A DNA stretch of 64,000 nucleotides from Patescibacteria group bacterium (GTDB lineage Bacteria > Patescibacteriota > UBA1384 > JBAYJO01), in the NCBI GenBank assembly GCA_041665085.1, contig JBAYJO010000002.1:83413-147412 (forward strand), written 5' to 3'. Positions 54,674 through 64,000 of the stretch are shown in pieces; the first letter of the stretch is position 1; each line of letters opens with the position of its first letter. The translations under genes were made by a program, and so were the position numbers. The notes beneath the pieces are model-generated. The model saw only the letters and a program-made list of their open reading frames with translations. It did no database searches and was not told where the DNA came from.

Positions 54674-54955
54674 GTGAAAAAAACAGAAGAAAAACAAGAA
54701 AATCAGAAAAAAAATTTAGTAGAGCAAGTTCGCTCTCATAAAAATGATACCGGTTCTACAACGGTTCAAATTGCTTTAATCAGCGATCGAATTACAGAAC
54801 TCGCTAAACATTTACAAAAACACGCAAAGGATTTTGATTCTAAACGCGGTCTTTTAATGATGATTGGTAAGAGAAGAAGACTGCTTAATTACCTACAAAG
54901 AACTAGTGTTAAAGATTACGCTAAGTTGATTAGCGAATTAAAATTAAAAAAATAA
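54674..54955 (+). CDS. rpsO: 30S ribosomal protein S15
   Basis: GTG start. HKNDTGSTTVQIALISDRITELAKHLQKHAKDFDSKRGLLMMIGKRRRLLNYL is typical of S15. Confidence 0.85.
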   Translation: MKKTEEKQENQKKNLVEQVRSHKNDTGSTTVQIALISDRITELAKHLQKHAKDFDSKRGLLMMIGKRRRLLNYLQRTSVKDYAKLISELKLKK

Positions 54956-55022
54956 TAAACAATATTTAATTGGACTCATTCGTTTTTAAAACGGTTCTCA
55001 AAGTTCAGAAAGGGTTTTAAGT

Positions 55023-57134
55023 ATGACCGAGAAAGATACTAAAGGATTAAAGCAGTACGAAATTGGCTTTAACGGAGAAAAGGTTTTTATTGAATCTGGA
55101 AAAATGGCAAAACTAGCCAATGGCAGTGTGACTGTAAGATATGGTGATACTGTTATTTTGGCAACTGCTGTTGTTTCTAAGACTCCAAGAGAAGAAATAG
55201 ATTTCTTTCCTCTTTTGGTTGATTATGAAGAAAGACTTTATGCAGCAGGTAAAATTTCCGGTTCAAGATTTATTAAAAGAGAAACAAGACCATCGGATCA
55301 GGCAATTTTAACCTGTCGTTTAATTGATAGGCCGCTTAGACCGCTTTTTCCAAAAAATTATTATAATGATGTCCAAATTATTATTACAGTTCTATCATTC
55401 GACGGAGTCCATGATCCTGACATTTTATCTATTATCGGTGCTTCAGCTGCTTTGTGCCAAACAGAAGCTCCGTTTGAAGGACCAATTGCAGCTGCCAGAG
55501 TTGGAATGATTGATGGTAAATTAGTTGTAAATCCTGATTTGTCAGTTGCAACAAATTTAACCTTAGATTTGGTTATTGCCGGAACAAAGGATAAAGTATT
55601 AATGATTGAAACTTCATCTAATCAGGTTGACGAGAAAACAATAGTTGATGCTATTAAATTAGCACAAGAAACATATGCTCCTTTAATTGATATCCAAAAT
55701 CAAATCAGAGAAGATTCTGTTTCTGCTATCGTAGTTCCTTCAGAAGAAGCAAAACCAATTGAAATTGAACTTAAGAAATATATTGGTGATAGAGTTGCCG
55801 AAGTTGTTCTGCTTGAAGAAAATACTAGAAAAGAAAAAATTGATGAATTTGAAAAAGAGATTTTATCTAATTTCGAAGGTAATTATAAACAAGTTGATCT
55901 AAAATCAACCTTTGGAAAAATGATTGAAAAAGAAGTTAGAAAAACAATTTTAGAAAAAGGTCAAAGGCCAGACGGAAGAAATGAAGATGAGATCAGGCCA
56001 ATCAGTTGCGAGGTGGGACTACTTCCTCGAACTCATGGTTCAGCTTTATTTACTCGTGGTCAAACGCAGGCATTAACTATTGCAACGCTTGGTTCTCCCG
56101 GTTCAGAGCAGATTATTGATACCATGGAATTTGATGGAACTAAGAAATTTATGCATCATTATAATTTTCCGCCATTTTCAACAGGTGAAGTAAAACCGCT
56201 GCGAGGTGCTTCAAGAAGAGAAATTGGACATGGTGCACTTGCTGAAAAAGCTATTGTCAAAATCGTTCCCGATGAGGATAAATTTCCATATACTATTCGC
56301 TTGGTTTCTGAAATATTATCTTCAAATGGTTCCAGCTCAATGGCTGCAACTTGCGGTTCAACCTTAGCATTAATGGATGCCGGAGTACCAATTAAATCTC
56401 CTGTTTCCGGTATTGCTATGGGTATGGTTTCAGGTGGAGATAATTTCGAAAAATATCGAATATTAACAGATATTGCCGGTATTGAAGATTTTGGTGGAGA
56501 TATGGATTTCAAAGTTACCGGTACAAGAGATGGCATTACTGCTATTCAGCTTGATACTAAAACAAAAGGTTTGCCAATGCATATTATTGAGGAAACCTTG
56601 GAAAAAGCAAAAATTGCTAGAAATAAAATTTTGGATATTATGCTTCAGGCAATTTCTGCCCCAAGAGAAGAGATGTCAAAATATGCTCCAAGAATTATTT
56701 CCTATAAGATTAATCCGGAAAAAATTAGAGATATAATCGGTTCCGGTGGTAAAACTATTAATAAATTAATTAATGATGCCGGTGGTTCAGAGGCGGTTAG
56801 TATTGATATTGAAGATGACGGTCTTGTTATGGTTACTTCAAGTGATACCAATGTTGCAAATGGTGTTTTAGAAAAGATTAAAGCGATGACCAAAGAAGCA
56901 CAAGTTGGCGAAATTTATGAAGGAGAGGTTGTAAGAATTCTTGATTTTGGTGCTTTTGTTGAGCTTTGGCCAGGACAAGATGGTATGGTTCATATTTCTG
57001 AACTTGCTCCTGAAAGAGTAAATAAGGTTACAGATGTTCTTAAAGTTGGCGATAAAATTAAAGTAAAAGTTATTCAAATTGATGATCAGGGTAGAATTAA
57101 TTTAAGCAAGAAGAGGGTTGAAGATAATAGTTAA
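55023..57134 (+). CDS. pnp: Polyribonucleotide nucleotidyltransferase (PNPase)
   Basis: Two RNase PH domains, a KH domain and a C-terminal S1 domain (GEIYEGEVVRILDFGAFVEL). Located after rpsO. Confidence 0.9.
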   Translation: MTEKDTKGLKQYEIGFNGEKVFIESGKMAKLANGSVTVRYGDTVILATAVVSKTPREEIDFFPLLVDYEERLYAAGKISGSRFIKRETRPSDQAILTCRLIDRPLRPLFPKNYYNDVQIIITVLSFDGVHDPDILSIIGASAALCQTEAPFEGPIAAARVGMIDGKLVVNPDLSVATNLTLDLVIAGTKDKVLMIETSSNQVDEKTIVDAIKLAQETYAPLIDIQNQIREDSVSAIVVPSEEAKPIEIELKKYIGDRVAEVVLLEENTRKEKIDEFEKEILSNFEGNYKQVDLKSTFGKMIEKEVRKTILEKGQRPDGRNEDEIRPISCEVGLLPRTHGSALFTRGQTQALTIATLGSPGSEQIIDTMEFDGTKKFMHHYNFPPFSTGEVKPLRGASRREIGHGALAEKAIVKIVPDEDKFPYTIRLVSEILSSNGSSSMAATCGSTLALMDAGVPIKSPVSGIAMGMVSGGDNFEKYRILTDIAGIEDFGGDMDFKVTGTRDGITAIQLDTKTKGLPMHIIEETLEKAKIARNKILDIMLQAISAPREEMSKYAPRIISYKINPEKIRDIIGSGGKTINKLINDAGGSEAVSIDIEDDGLVMVTSSDTNVANGVLEKIKAMTKEAQVGEIYEGEVVRILDFGAFVELWPGQDGMVHISELAPERVNKVTDVLKVGDKIKVKVIQIDDQGRINLSKKRVEDNS

Positions 57135-57375
57135 AAGTTCATAAAGTCCGTAAAGTTTGTAAAGTCGAGAAAGACTATGTCTGCTAAATAATTTATATTA
57201 TCGCGAGGTCATCCGTGACGATCTATATGATAGATTGCTTTGTGAATACACTCGCAATGACCAAGAGATATTGTAGTTGTAAAGACAATCTATAAGTATC
57301 CCATTAATACTGGAAAATTTCTATATGTTCTTACTTTATAAACTTTTAACTTTATAAACTTTATAAACTCTTCTA
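57131..57375. mobile_element. MITE-like element: inverted arrays of 9-bp 'NTAAAGTNN' repeats flanking an about 150-bp core with a family hairpin
   Basis: Left array 57131-57176 (ttaAAAGTTcATAAAGTccGTAAAGTttGTAAAGTcgaGAAAGac). Right array 57332-57370 is the reverse complement (ACTTTATAA x4). Internal hairpin 57198-57225 (tcgcgaggtcatccgtgacgatcta) belongs to the 3951-3980 subfamily. Confidence 0.45.
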
Positions 57376-57929
57376 TGTCTCCAGATGAACTCGCTCAAAA
57401 AATAACTAATTGTAACAATTGTTCACTTGCAAAATCCAGAAGAAACGCAGTTGTTGGTGAAGGCGATATAAATTCCGATATCTTGTTTATCGGTGAGGCA
57501 CCGGGAGAAAATGAGGATAAGTTAGGTCGTCCGTTTGTTGGTCCTGCAGGCGAGCTTTTGACAAAAATGTTGCATAAGAACAATTTAGATCGTTCATTAA
57601 TTTACATTACAAATGTTGTGAAATGTCGTCCGCAGTTTAATAGGGATCCATTGCCAGACGAGGTGCAAGCATGTGCTTTTTGGCTTAATGAACAACTAAA
57701 GTTAATTCAGCCCAAAATAATCGTTACGCTTGGCCGCCACGCTCTAGAGAAATTTTTACCGGGGATTGGAAGAATTTCTCAAGTGCATGGCCGGTTGTTT
57801 AAAAAAGGTAACTATTATGTATTGCCTTTCTATCATCCTGCAGCTTGTTTGCACCAAATAAGTCTATTGTCTGAATTTGAAGAAGACTTTGAAAAACTAA
57901 ATGATATATTGAATTCTATTAATAATTAA
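57375..57929 (+). CDS. udg: Uracil-DNA glycosylase, family 4
   Basis: GEAPGENED and PFVGPAGELL motifs with an N-terminal Cys cluster (CNNCSLAKSRRNAV). Confidence 0.8.
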   Translation: MSPDELAQKITNCNNCSLAKSRRNAVVGEGDINSDILFIGEAPGENEDKLGRPFVGPAGELLTKMLHKNNLDRSLIYITNVVKCRPQFNRDPLPDEVQACAFWLNEQLKLIQPKIIVTLGRHALEKFLPGIGRISQVHGRLFKKGNYYVLPFYHPAACLHQISLLSEFEEDFEKLNDILNSINN

Positions 57930-57972
57930 TCGCAGATCGTGAACTAATTGACGATTTGCAAAGAAAGGAAAA

Positions 57973-59793
57973 ATGGAAACAGTTAGACTTGCTCCAAGAC
58001 TTAATTCTCCAGCTATTACAACAACGGCAAAGGTGAAAATTATACCTTTGGGTGGTTTGGGAGAAATAGGTAAAAATTTAATGGTATATGAATACAAAGA
58101 CGAAATTATGATCGTTGATATTGGAATTGCATTTCCAGGTAAGGATTTACTTGGCATTGATTCTGTTATTCCAGATATCAAATATTTAGAGGATAACAAA
58201 CAAAAAATAAGAGGAATAGTATTAACACATGGCCACGAAGATCATATTGGCTCACTGCCTCTTCTGTGGCCTAAACTTGGTTGTCCTATCTTTGCAACTA
58301 CTTTAACAGCAGGACTTTTGCAAAACAAATTTGAAGAACACGGTATCCATCCTAAAGTAACAATTATTAAAGCCGGAGATATTTTACCAATTGGTCCGTT
58401 TAAGGTTGAATTTATTGCTATAACGCATAGTGTGCCTGATGCACTTATTTTGGCTATTAATTCTCCGTCTGGCATGATTATGCATGCAACAGACTGGAAA
58501 ATTGATCATACACCAGTAAATGGTAAGGTTGGCGATTGGGGTAGAATTGCCGAACTTGGCAAAAAAGGTGTAAATTTGCTTCTTTCGGAGTCAACCAATG
58601 TTGAGCGACCAGGTTACACAGTTAGTGAGAGCGTGATTGGAGAATCTTTGGATATGATTTTTAAAAATGCCAAAGGACGAGTAATTGTAACTTCGTTCGG
58701 GTCATTAATTAATCGTATCCAACAGGTTATCGATGCTTCTGCCAATTATCGCAGAAAAATTGCTATTGCAGGTCGTAGCATGGAAAATAATGTTGAGATC
58801 GCGGCTAAACTTGGATTTTTAAGACTACCTCAAAACACATTAGTTGATATTAGAAAACTTGGTAAATTGCCTGATGATGAGGTTACGATTATGTGTACTG
58901 GCAGTCAAGGAGAAGAGTTCTCTGCCTTAACCAGAATGGCTGCTGGTGAACATCGTCATGTTCAAATAAAAAGAGGCGATACAATTATAATTTCCGCATC
59001 CCCTATTCCAGGAAATGAAGCAGCTATTGCTAAAACAATTGATAACTTATTTAGACAAGGCGCGGATGTTATTTACGGAAAAGATTATGACGTGCATGTT
59101 TCAGGTCATGCTAGCCAAGAAGAGCTTAAAATGATGATCGATATAGTTAAGCCTAAATTCTTTATGCCGATCCATGGTGATTATAGATTTTTAGTAAAAC
59201 ATTGCCAGTTAGCACAGAGTTTGGGCATTCCTGAAAAGAATACCTTTGTACTTGAAAATGGAGATGTGCTAGAACTTTCACCTAATGAAGCTAAGAAAGC
59301 AGGATATCGCGTTCCAGCAGGTGAAATCTTAGTAGATGGTTCTGGAATCGGCGATGTTGGTAATATTGTCCTGCGCGATCGTCAGGCCATGAGTAAAGAT
59401 GGATTTTTTGTTGTTATTTTAACAGTTGATCACACAACGAAAAAAACATTGACTTCCCCTGATATTATCTCAAGAGGTTTTGTGTATATGAGAGAAGTAG
59501 AAGAACTTATTAAAGAAGCCAGAAAACTAGTTGTTCCAATGTTTAATAAGCTAAGTATTAAATATAGGGACGATTGGGCTCGAGTTAAACAGGAAATTAG
59601 AGATCAGATGGGAAATTTCTTGTTTGAAAGAACTCAAAGAAAACCAATGGTTATTCCTGTGATAATTGAAGTTGGAAAACCAAAAATTGGCAATGGAAAT
59701 ATTACTCAACAACCAATAGTTAGTCCAAGTCCTAGATCTACCAATCCAACAGTTTATGGACCGGATGTAACTGTAAGAAGTTTTGGGGAATAA
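57973..59793 (+). CDS. rnj: Ribonuclease J (beta-CASP metallo-beta-lactamase)
   Basis: Motif LTHGHEDHIGSLP and beta-CASP motifs. 606 aa including a Pro-rich C-terminal extension. Confidence 0.85.
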   Translation: METVRLAPRLNSPAITTTAKVKIIPLGGLGEIGKNLMVYEYKDEIMIVDIGIAFPGKDLLGIDSVIPDIKYLEDNKQKIRGIVLTHGHEDHIGSLPLLWPKLGCPIFATTLTAGLLQNKFEEHGIHPKVTIIKAGDILPIGPFKVEFIAITHSVPDALILAINSPSGMIMHATDWKIDHTPVNGKVGDWGRIAELGKKGVNLLLSESTNVERPGYTVSESVIGESLDMIFKNAKGRVIVTSFGSLINRIQQVIDASANYRRKIAIAGRSMENNVEIAAKLGFLRLPQNTLVDIRKLGKLPDDEVTIMCTGSQGEEFSALTRMAAGEHRHVQIKRGDTIIISASPIPGNEAAIAKTIDNLFRQGADVIYGKDYDVHVSGHASQEELKMMIDIVKPKFFMPIHGDYRFLVKHCQLAQSLGIPEKNTFVLENGDVLELSPNEAKKAGYRVPAGEILVDGSGIGDVGNIVLRDRQAMSKDGFFVVILTVDHTTKKTLTSPDIISRGFVYMREVEELIKEARKLVVPMFNKLSIKYRDDWARVKQEIRDQMGNFLFERTQRKPMVIPVIIEVGKPKIGNGNITQQPIVSPSPRSTNPTVYGPDVTVRSFGE

Positions 59794-59835
59794 TAAAGTT
59801 TCGACTTATCGTTGTTATTCTATGCTTTTTCTTCT

Positions 59836-59924
59836 TGTCATCCCAGACCTGCCTGGCGGCAAGGCAGGCTTGATCTGGGATCCAGAAACTATCTACCTAG
59901 ATTCCAGTTTTCACTGGAATGACA
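59836..59924. repeat. Composite hairpin repeat (copy of the 41237 unit plus ATTCCAG-ttttca-CTGGAAT)
   Basis: tgtcatcccagacctgcctggcggcaaggcaggcttgatctgggatcc is identical to 41238-41285. Confidence 0.75.
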
Positions 59925-60068
59925 AATGAAATTGGTATAATAAAAATGTGTAGTCTTAATCAATCATTCTACTTTTTGCTCTAGCTATTATGATGTATAA
60001 TAAATATATCAAATCTCAAGCGGTTTATTCGTAGAGGTAAAGTTGTATTTGCCTATTAAGGAGGGTGT

Positions 60069-62108
60069 TTGGCTTTCATGCGCAAGAAAAAAAGAAAATA
60101 TCATAGACGGGCAAAAGAAAACTCGTTTATGTCGAGTTTGGATTGGACATTGGATGCCAAAACAGGCCGCGATATTTTAATTGTTCTATTCTTTATCTTA
60201 GGTGGACTTTCCTTGCTGTCGCTTTTCGGTTTGGCAGGAAAAGTCGGAATCTCGGTTTTTCAGAGCATACAATATGTTTTTGGCGCCATGGCATATATTT
60301 TTCCGTTTATAATAATTGCAATCGGGGTTGAGCTTATTAGAGATGATGAAGGTATTAATCTCACTCCTCTTATTTCAACAATTTTGGGACTTTGTTTTCT
60401 TTCAGCCATTTTTTATCCATTTGGAGGGGTTGTTGGAGATACAATAGCCGGGCTCTTGCGCCAAAATATTGGTTTTTTTGGATCTTATTTAATACTTCTT
60501 GCATTGTTTTTAGTTTCTTTTTCTCTTGCAACAAATATTTCTATCCTTCAAATGATACCGAACATAAAAAACTATTTTACTAAGTTTAATTATAAAATTA
60601 ATCTTCCCAAAGCTCGAGTTTTTACAACAATGGGACAGGGTAAAAATGATAAACCAGCTGAAAATGTTCAATCTATTCATTTAAACGATGGCGACTTTGA
60701 ATATCCTTCGCTTAATTTGCTTGAAATTTCAACAACAAAAGCCTCTGCGGGAAATATTGCTAAAAATATATTAACTATAGAAAAAGCTTTGAAAGACTTT
60801 AATATTAAAGTTGCAATGCAAGAGGTTAATATCGGACCTGCAGTTACGCAGTATACATTTAAGCCGGATGAGGGTGTTAAATTGGCTGCAATTACTGCTA
60901 GAACAAACGACCTTGCTCTTGCATTAGCTGCCCACCCTATTCGCGTAGAGGCTCCAATCCCGGGTAAATCAGCTGTTGGTGTTGAAGTCCCAAATAAGCA
61001 GGCGGCAATTATTACATTAAGAGATGTGATGGAATCAGATGAAATGAAAGGATCGAAGTTCCCTCTTGCAATTCCGCTAGGTAGAGATGTTGCAGGCAAG
61101 GCAACAACTATTGATCTTGAAAAAATGCCTCATTTATTAATTGCCGGTTCAACCGGCAGTGGTAAATCAGTTTGTATCAATGGCATAATCACCTCTTTTA
61201 TAATGAAAAACTCTCCGGCAGATTTAAGACTTTTATTAGTTGATCCGAAAAGAGTTGAATTTACAATGTATAATAACATTCCTCATTTGCTTTGTCCTGT
61301 AATTAATGATGCCGATAAAACGGTTAATGCTTTAAAATGGATGGTTGGTGAAATGGAAAGAAGATATAAAATATTGCAAGAATTTAATAAAAGAAATATA
61401 AATGAATACAACTCATCTAATCCGCCTGACGGAAAAATGCCTTATATTGTGGTTGTTGTAGATGAATTGGCTGATTTAATGAGTCAAGCTGCAAATGAAA
61501 TCGAAGGTGTGATTGTAAGACTTGCTCAAATGGCGCGTGCTGTTGGAATCCACTTAATTGTTGCAACGCAAAGGCCATCAGTTAATGTTATTACAGGTTT
61601 AATTAAAGCCAATATTAATGCCAGAATTGCATTTGCCGTTGCTAGTCAAATTGATTCAAGAACAATTATAGATCAATCCGGCGCGGAAAAACTTCTTGGA
61701 AATGGTGATCTTCTCTTTATCGGAGGAGAGGTTGTTAAACCAAAAAGAGTTCAAGGTGTGCTTGCTTCTTCTTTGGATGTGAAATCTGTTACTGATTTCT
61801 TGAAGCAAAAAGGCGGCGATTTACATTATGATGAATCTATTCTTACCTATAAAACAGGTTCAAAAATGGGTAATGGCGAAGCCGGCTCAATTGGCGGCGA
61901 TGATGATCTTTATGATGAAGCCAAAACTCTTGTTATCCAATCAGGCAAGGCTTCGGCTTCCCTACTCCAGCGAAGACTTCGTGTTGGATATGCCAGAGCC
62001 GCCAGACTGTTAGATTTGCTTGAGCAAAATAATGTTATTGGTCCTCCTGATGGTGCTAAGCCGCGGGATGTATTAGTTGATATGGGTTCGGATTATTCAG
62101 TTGATTGA
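60069..62108 (+). CDS. ftsK: DNA translocase FtsK/SpoIIIE
   Basis: Four N-terminal TM helices, Walker A AGSTGSGKSV and a C-terminal gamma-domain. Confidence 0.85.
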   Translation: MAFMRKKKRKYHRRAKENSFMSSLDWTLDAKTGRDILIVLFFILGGLSLLSLFGLAGKVGISVFQSIQYVFGAMAYIFPFIIIAIGVELIRDDEGINLTPLISTILGLCFLSAIFYPFGGVVGDTIAGLLRQNIGFFGSYLILLALFLVSFSLATNISILQMIPNIKNYFTKFNYKINLPKARVFTTMGQGKNDKPAENVQSIHLNDGDFEYPSLNLLEISTTKASAGNIAKNILTIEKALKDFNIKVAMQEVNIGPAVTQYTFKPDEGVKLAAITARTNDLALALAAHPIRVEAPIPGKSAVGVEVPNKQAAIITLRDVMESDEMKGSKFPLAIPLGRDVAGKATTIDLEKMPHLLIAGSTGSGKSVCINGIITSFIMKNSPADLRLLLVDPKRVEFTMYNNIPHLLCPVINDADKTVNALKWMVGEMERRYKILQEFNKRNINEYNSSNPPDGKMPYIVVVVDELADLMSQAANEIEGVIVRLAQMARAVGIHLIVATQRPSVNVITGLIKANINARIAFAVASQIDSRTIIDQSGAEKLLGNGDLLFIGGEVVKPKRVQGVLASSLDVKSVTDFLKQKGGDLHYDESILTYKTGSKMGNGEAGSIGGDDDLYDEAKTLVIQSGKASASLLQRRLRVGYARAARLLDLLEQNNVIGPPDGAKPRDVLVDMGSDYSVD

Positions 62109-62162
62109 TTGTAAATAATCTGTTTAACTAGGATGGATACTATATATAGTTAGGATTACTAA

Positions 62163-62828
62163 ATGACAGGTTTTAGAACAAAAAATATTGAATCAGGCGG
62201 GTTTGGCTCGATTCTTAAGAAAGCTCGTCAAAAACAAAAGTTTACTCTTGAAGCTATTGAAACAGAAACTACTGTTAGACGTAAATATCTCAAGGCTTTT
62301 GAAGAAGAAAAATTTCAAGATTTGCCTGATAGTGTTTATGCCGCTGGCTATCTTAAAAAATATTGTGATTTTTTAGCTGTTCCATCTGATATGATACTTG
62401 AAGAATTTAAAAATGCTCAAACCTTCAAAAAAAATCAATCAGATATGATTAATCCTAAAAAAATTAATGACATTAAATTCATTTTTACTCCTCGTATTCT
62501 ATTTATTGCCGGTATTAGCATGTCAGCTATGATTTTTTTAGGTTATATATGGTTTCAATTTAAGCTATTTACTTCTGCTCCTCCTCTTACAATAATCACT
62601 CCTTATGATCAGGCATTGGTTACAGAGGAGAGTATTAATATTTCCGGGTTAACAGATGAAGGGGCTAAACTGACTATCAATAATGAACCTATCAGGATAG
62701 ATGAGTCAGGTAAGTTTGAGACAGAAATTAAGCTTCAGGACGGTTTAAATAAGATTGAAGTTGTATCTGAAAATAAGGTTAAAAAGCAATCTAAGAAAAC
62801 ATTGACAGTACTCGCAAGACTTAAGTAG
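62163..62828 (+). CDS. RodZ-like HTH (XRE-family) membrane protein
   Basis: N-terminal HTH (GFGSILKKARQKQKFTLEAIETETTVRRKYLKAFEEEKFQDLPDSVYAAGYLKKY), a single TM helix, and a C-terminal beta-rich domain. Confidence 0.45.
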   Translation: MTGFRTKNIESGGFGSILKKARQKQKFTLEAIETETTVRRKYLKAFEEEKFQDLPDSVYAAGYLKKYCDFLAVPSDMILEEFKNAQTFKKNQSDMINPKKINDIKFIFTPRILFIAGISMSAMIFLGYIWFQFKLFTSAPPLTIITPYDQALVTEESINISGLTDEGAKLTINNEPIRIDESGKFETEIKLQDGLNKIEVVSENKVKKQSKKTLTVLARLK

Positions 62829-62840
62829 TATTCCTACTTC

Positions 62841-62917
62841 GTCATCCCAGTGCAGGTTGGGATCTAGCTTTTTAAAATAATAATGTAATTTATAGATTCC
62901 TGCTTTCGCGGGAATGA
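62841..62917. repeat. Hairpin repeat pair (ATCCCA-gtgcaggt-TGGGAT and ATTCC-tgctttcgcg-GGAATGAC)
   Basis: The family termini GTCATCCCAG.. and ..GGGAATGAC are present. Confidence 0.6.
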
Positions 62918-63015
62918 CTTGATAGTATGCAATTTGGCTATCAAATTGGGATGTTTTTGTGATATAAATAGTATGGTAATCAAATGATTAATAAGTATGG
63001 GGAAAAAGGAGAGAC

Positions 63016-64000
63016 GTGGCAAAAGAAAAAGGGCAAGAAAAAGAATATAGTTCAGGACGGAAAGAGGCCTTAGAAGCTGCAGTACATCAAATTGAAAAAC
63101 AATTTGGTCAAGGCGCGATAATGAAATATGGTCAGCTAGGTGGTTTAGCAGTATCCGTTATACCGTCTGGGTCTTTGTCGCTTGATTTAGCGCTTGGGGT
63201 AGGCGGCGTGCCGAGAGGAAGGATTATTGAAATATACGGACCCGAATCGTCTGGTAAAACAACGCTTGCTATGCACATTATTGCCGAAGCGCAAAAAAAG
63301 GGAGGCCTATGTGCCTTTGTTGATGCTGAACATGCCTTTGACCCTGAATACGCCAAAAATATTGGTTTAAAATTGGAAGATTTACTTATATCTCAACCGG
63401 ATAATGGAGAACAAGCGCTTGAAATTACAGAAACGCTAGTCAGATCTAACGCGGTTGATGTGCTTGTAATAGATTCGGTTGCAGCATTGGTTCCTCGAGC
63501 GGAAATTGAAGGCGAGATGGGAGATGCGCAAATGGGACTTCATGCTAGACTGATGAGCCAAGCCTTAAGAAAGCTAACAGGCATTACATCAAAATCTAAG
63601 ACCTGCGTGATTTTCATTAATCAAATCAGAATGAAAATCGGCGTAATGTTTGGTAATCCGGAAACTACAACCGGCGGCATGGCTTTAAAATTTTATTCTT
63701 CGATTAGAATGGAAATTCGCCGCAGCGAGCAGCTTAAGGATGGAGATAAGATGATCGGAAATCGTGTTAAGGTTAAAATTGTTAAAAATAAGGTTGCTCC
63801 CCCATTTAAGGTTGCTGAATTTGATATTATGTTTGGCAGCGGAATATCTCGCGAGGGTGATATTCTTGATACGGCAGTTTCAAATGACATAATCGATAAA
63901 TCCGGCGCATGGTTTAATTATGGCGATCAAAAATTAGGACAAGGACGCGAAGCTGCTAAGAAATTTTTAAAAGAAAATCCAAAAATCACGGAAGAAGTTG
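63016..64000 (+). CDS. recA: Recombinase RecA, 3' end outside window (partial)
   Basis: Not in the ORF track because no stop lies within the window. GTG start after SD aaaggagag. [11 protein letters not shown] Walker A and core RecA motifs. Confidence 0.9.
   Translation, partial: MAKEKGQEKEYSSGRKEALEAAVHQIEKQFGQGAIMKYGQLGGLAVSVIPSGSLSLDLALGVGGVPRGRIIEIYGPESSGKTTLAMHIIAEAQKKGGLCAFVDAEHAFDPEYAKNIGLKLEDLLISQPDNGEQALEITETLVRSNAVDVLVIDSVAALVPRAEIEGEMGDAQMGLHARLMSQALRKLTGITSKSKTCVIFINQIRMKIGVMFGNPETTTGGMALKFYSSIRMEIRRSEQLKDGDKMIGNRVKVKIVKNKVAPPFKVAEFDIMFGSGISREGDILDTAVSNDIIDKSGAWFNYGDQKLGQGREAAKKFLKENPKITEEV

Overview
This 64 kb window is AT-rich with small, tightly packed genes. It spans a chromosomal replication origin: rpmH-rnpA-yidD-yidC-jag on the minus strand, then DnaA-box clusters, then dnaA-dnaN-recF-DUF721 on the plus strand. 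The style (short YidC, a FemAB-family gene, overlapping and split genes, TTG, GTG and apparently non-canonical starts) is consistent with a reduced-genome, Patescibacteria/CPR-like or Gram-positive-like bacterium. That assignment is inference.

Housekeeping genes identified:
- galU (partial)
- pilB/gspE-type ATPase
- tRNA-Ser
- tsaD
- valS-murE-polA (translationally coupled)
- holA
- lepB
- rpsT
- nrnA
- rpsO-pnp
- family-4 udg
- rnj
- ftsK
- rodZ-like
- recA (partial)

The main accessory content is a roughly 22 kb minus-strand operon (16218-38348). It encodes a Gram-positive/CPR-style type IV secretion-like apparatus:
- a naturally split VirB4 ATPase (N-terminal domain ORF plus ATPase ORF)
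- a VirB3-like membrane protein
- a VirB6/TrbL-like polytopic protein with a long C-terminal extension
- an SLT plus CHAP/C39-like cell-wall hydrolase (VirB1/PrgK-like)
- a degenerate LytM/M23 protein
- PEGA and beta-propeller proteins
- two paralogous secreted proteins that share a pilin-like C-terminal tail
- a 2107-aa giant secreted protein

A separate array of six tandem TrbC/VirB2-like pilin paralogs lies at 2131-4621.

Superimposed on this are three unusual layers:
1. A family of GC-rich hairpin repeats (GTCATYCCAG...CTGGRATGAC and relatives) scattered through intergenic regions. One copy sits in-frame inside a coding sequence.
2. Arrays of 9-bp 'ATAAAGT' and 7-bp repeats, including a MITE-like element with inverted arrays. 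One 7-bp repeat array lies inside the valS coding sequence.
3. Four compositionally foreign GC-rich gene islands: an M48 peptidase-CsgG-like fusion, a secreted protein, a PEP-CTERM protein and a 150-aa hypothetical.
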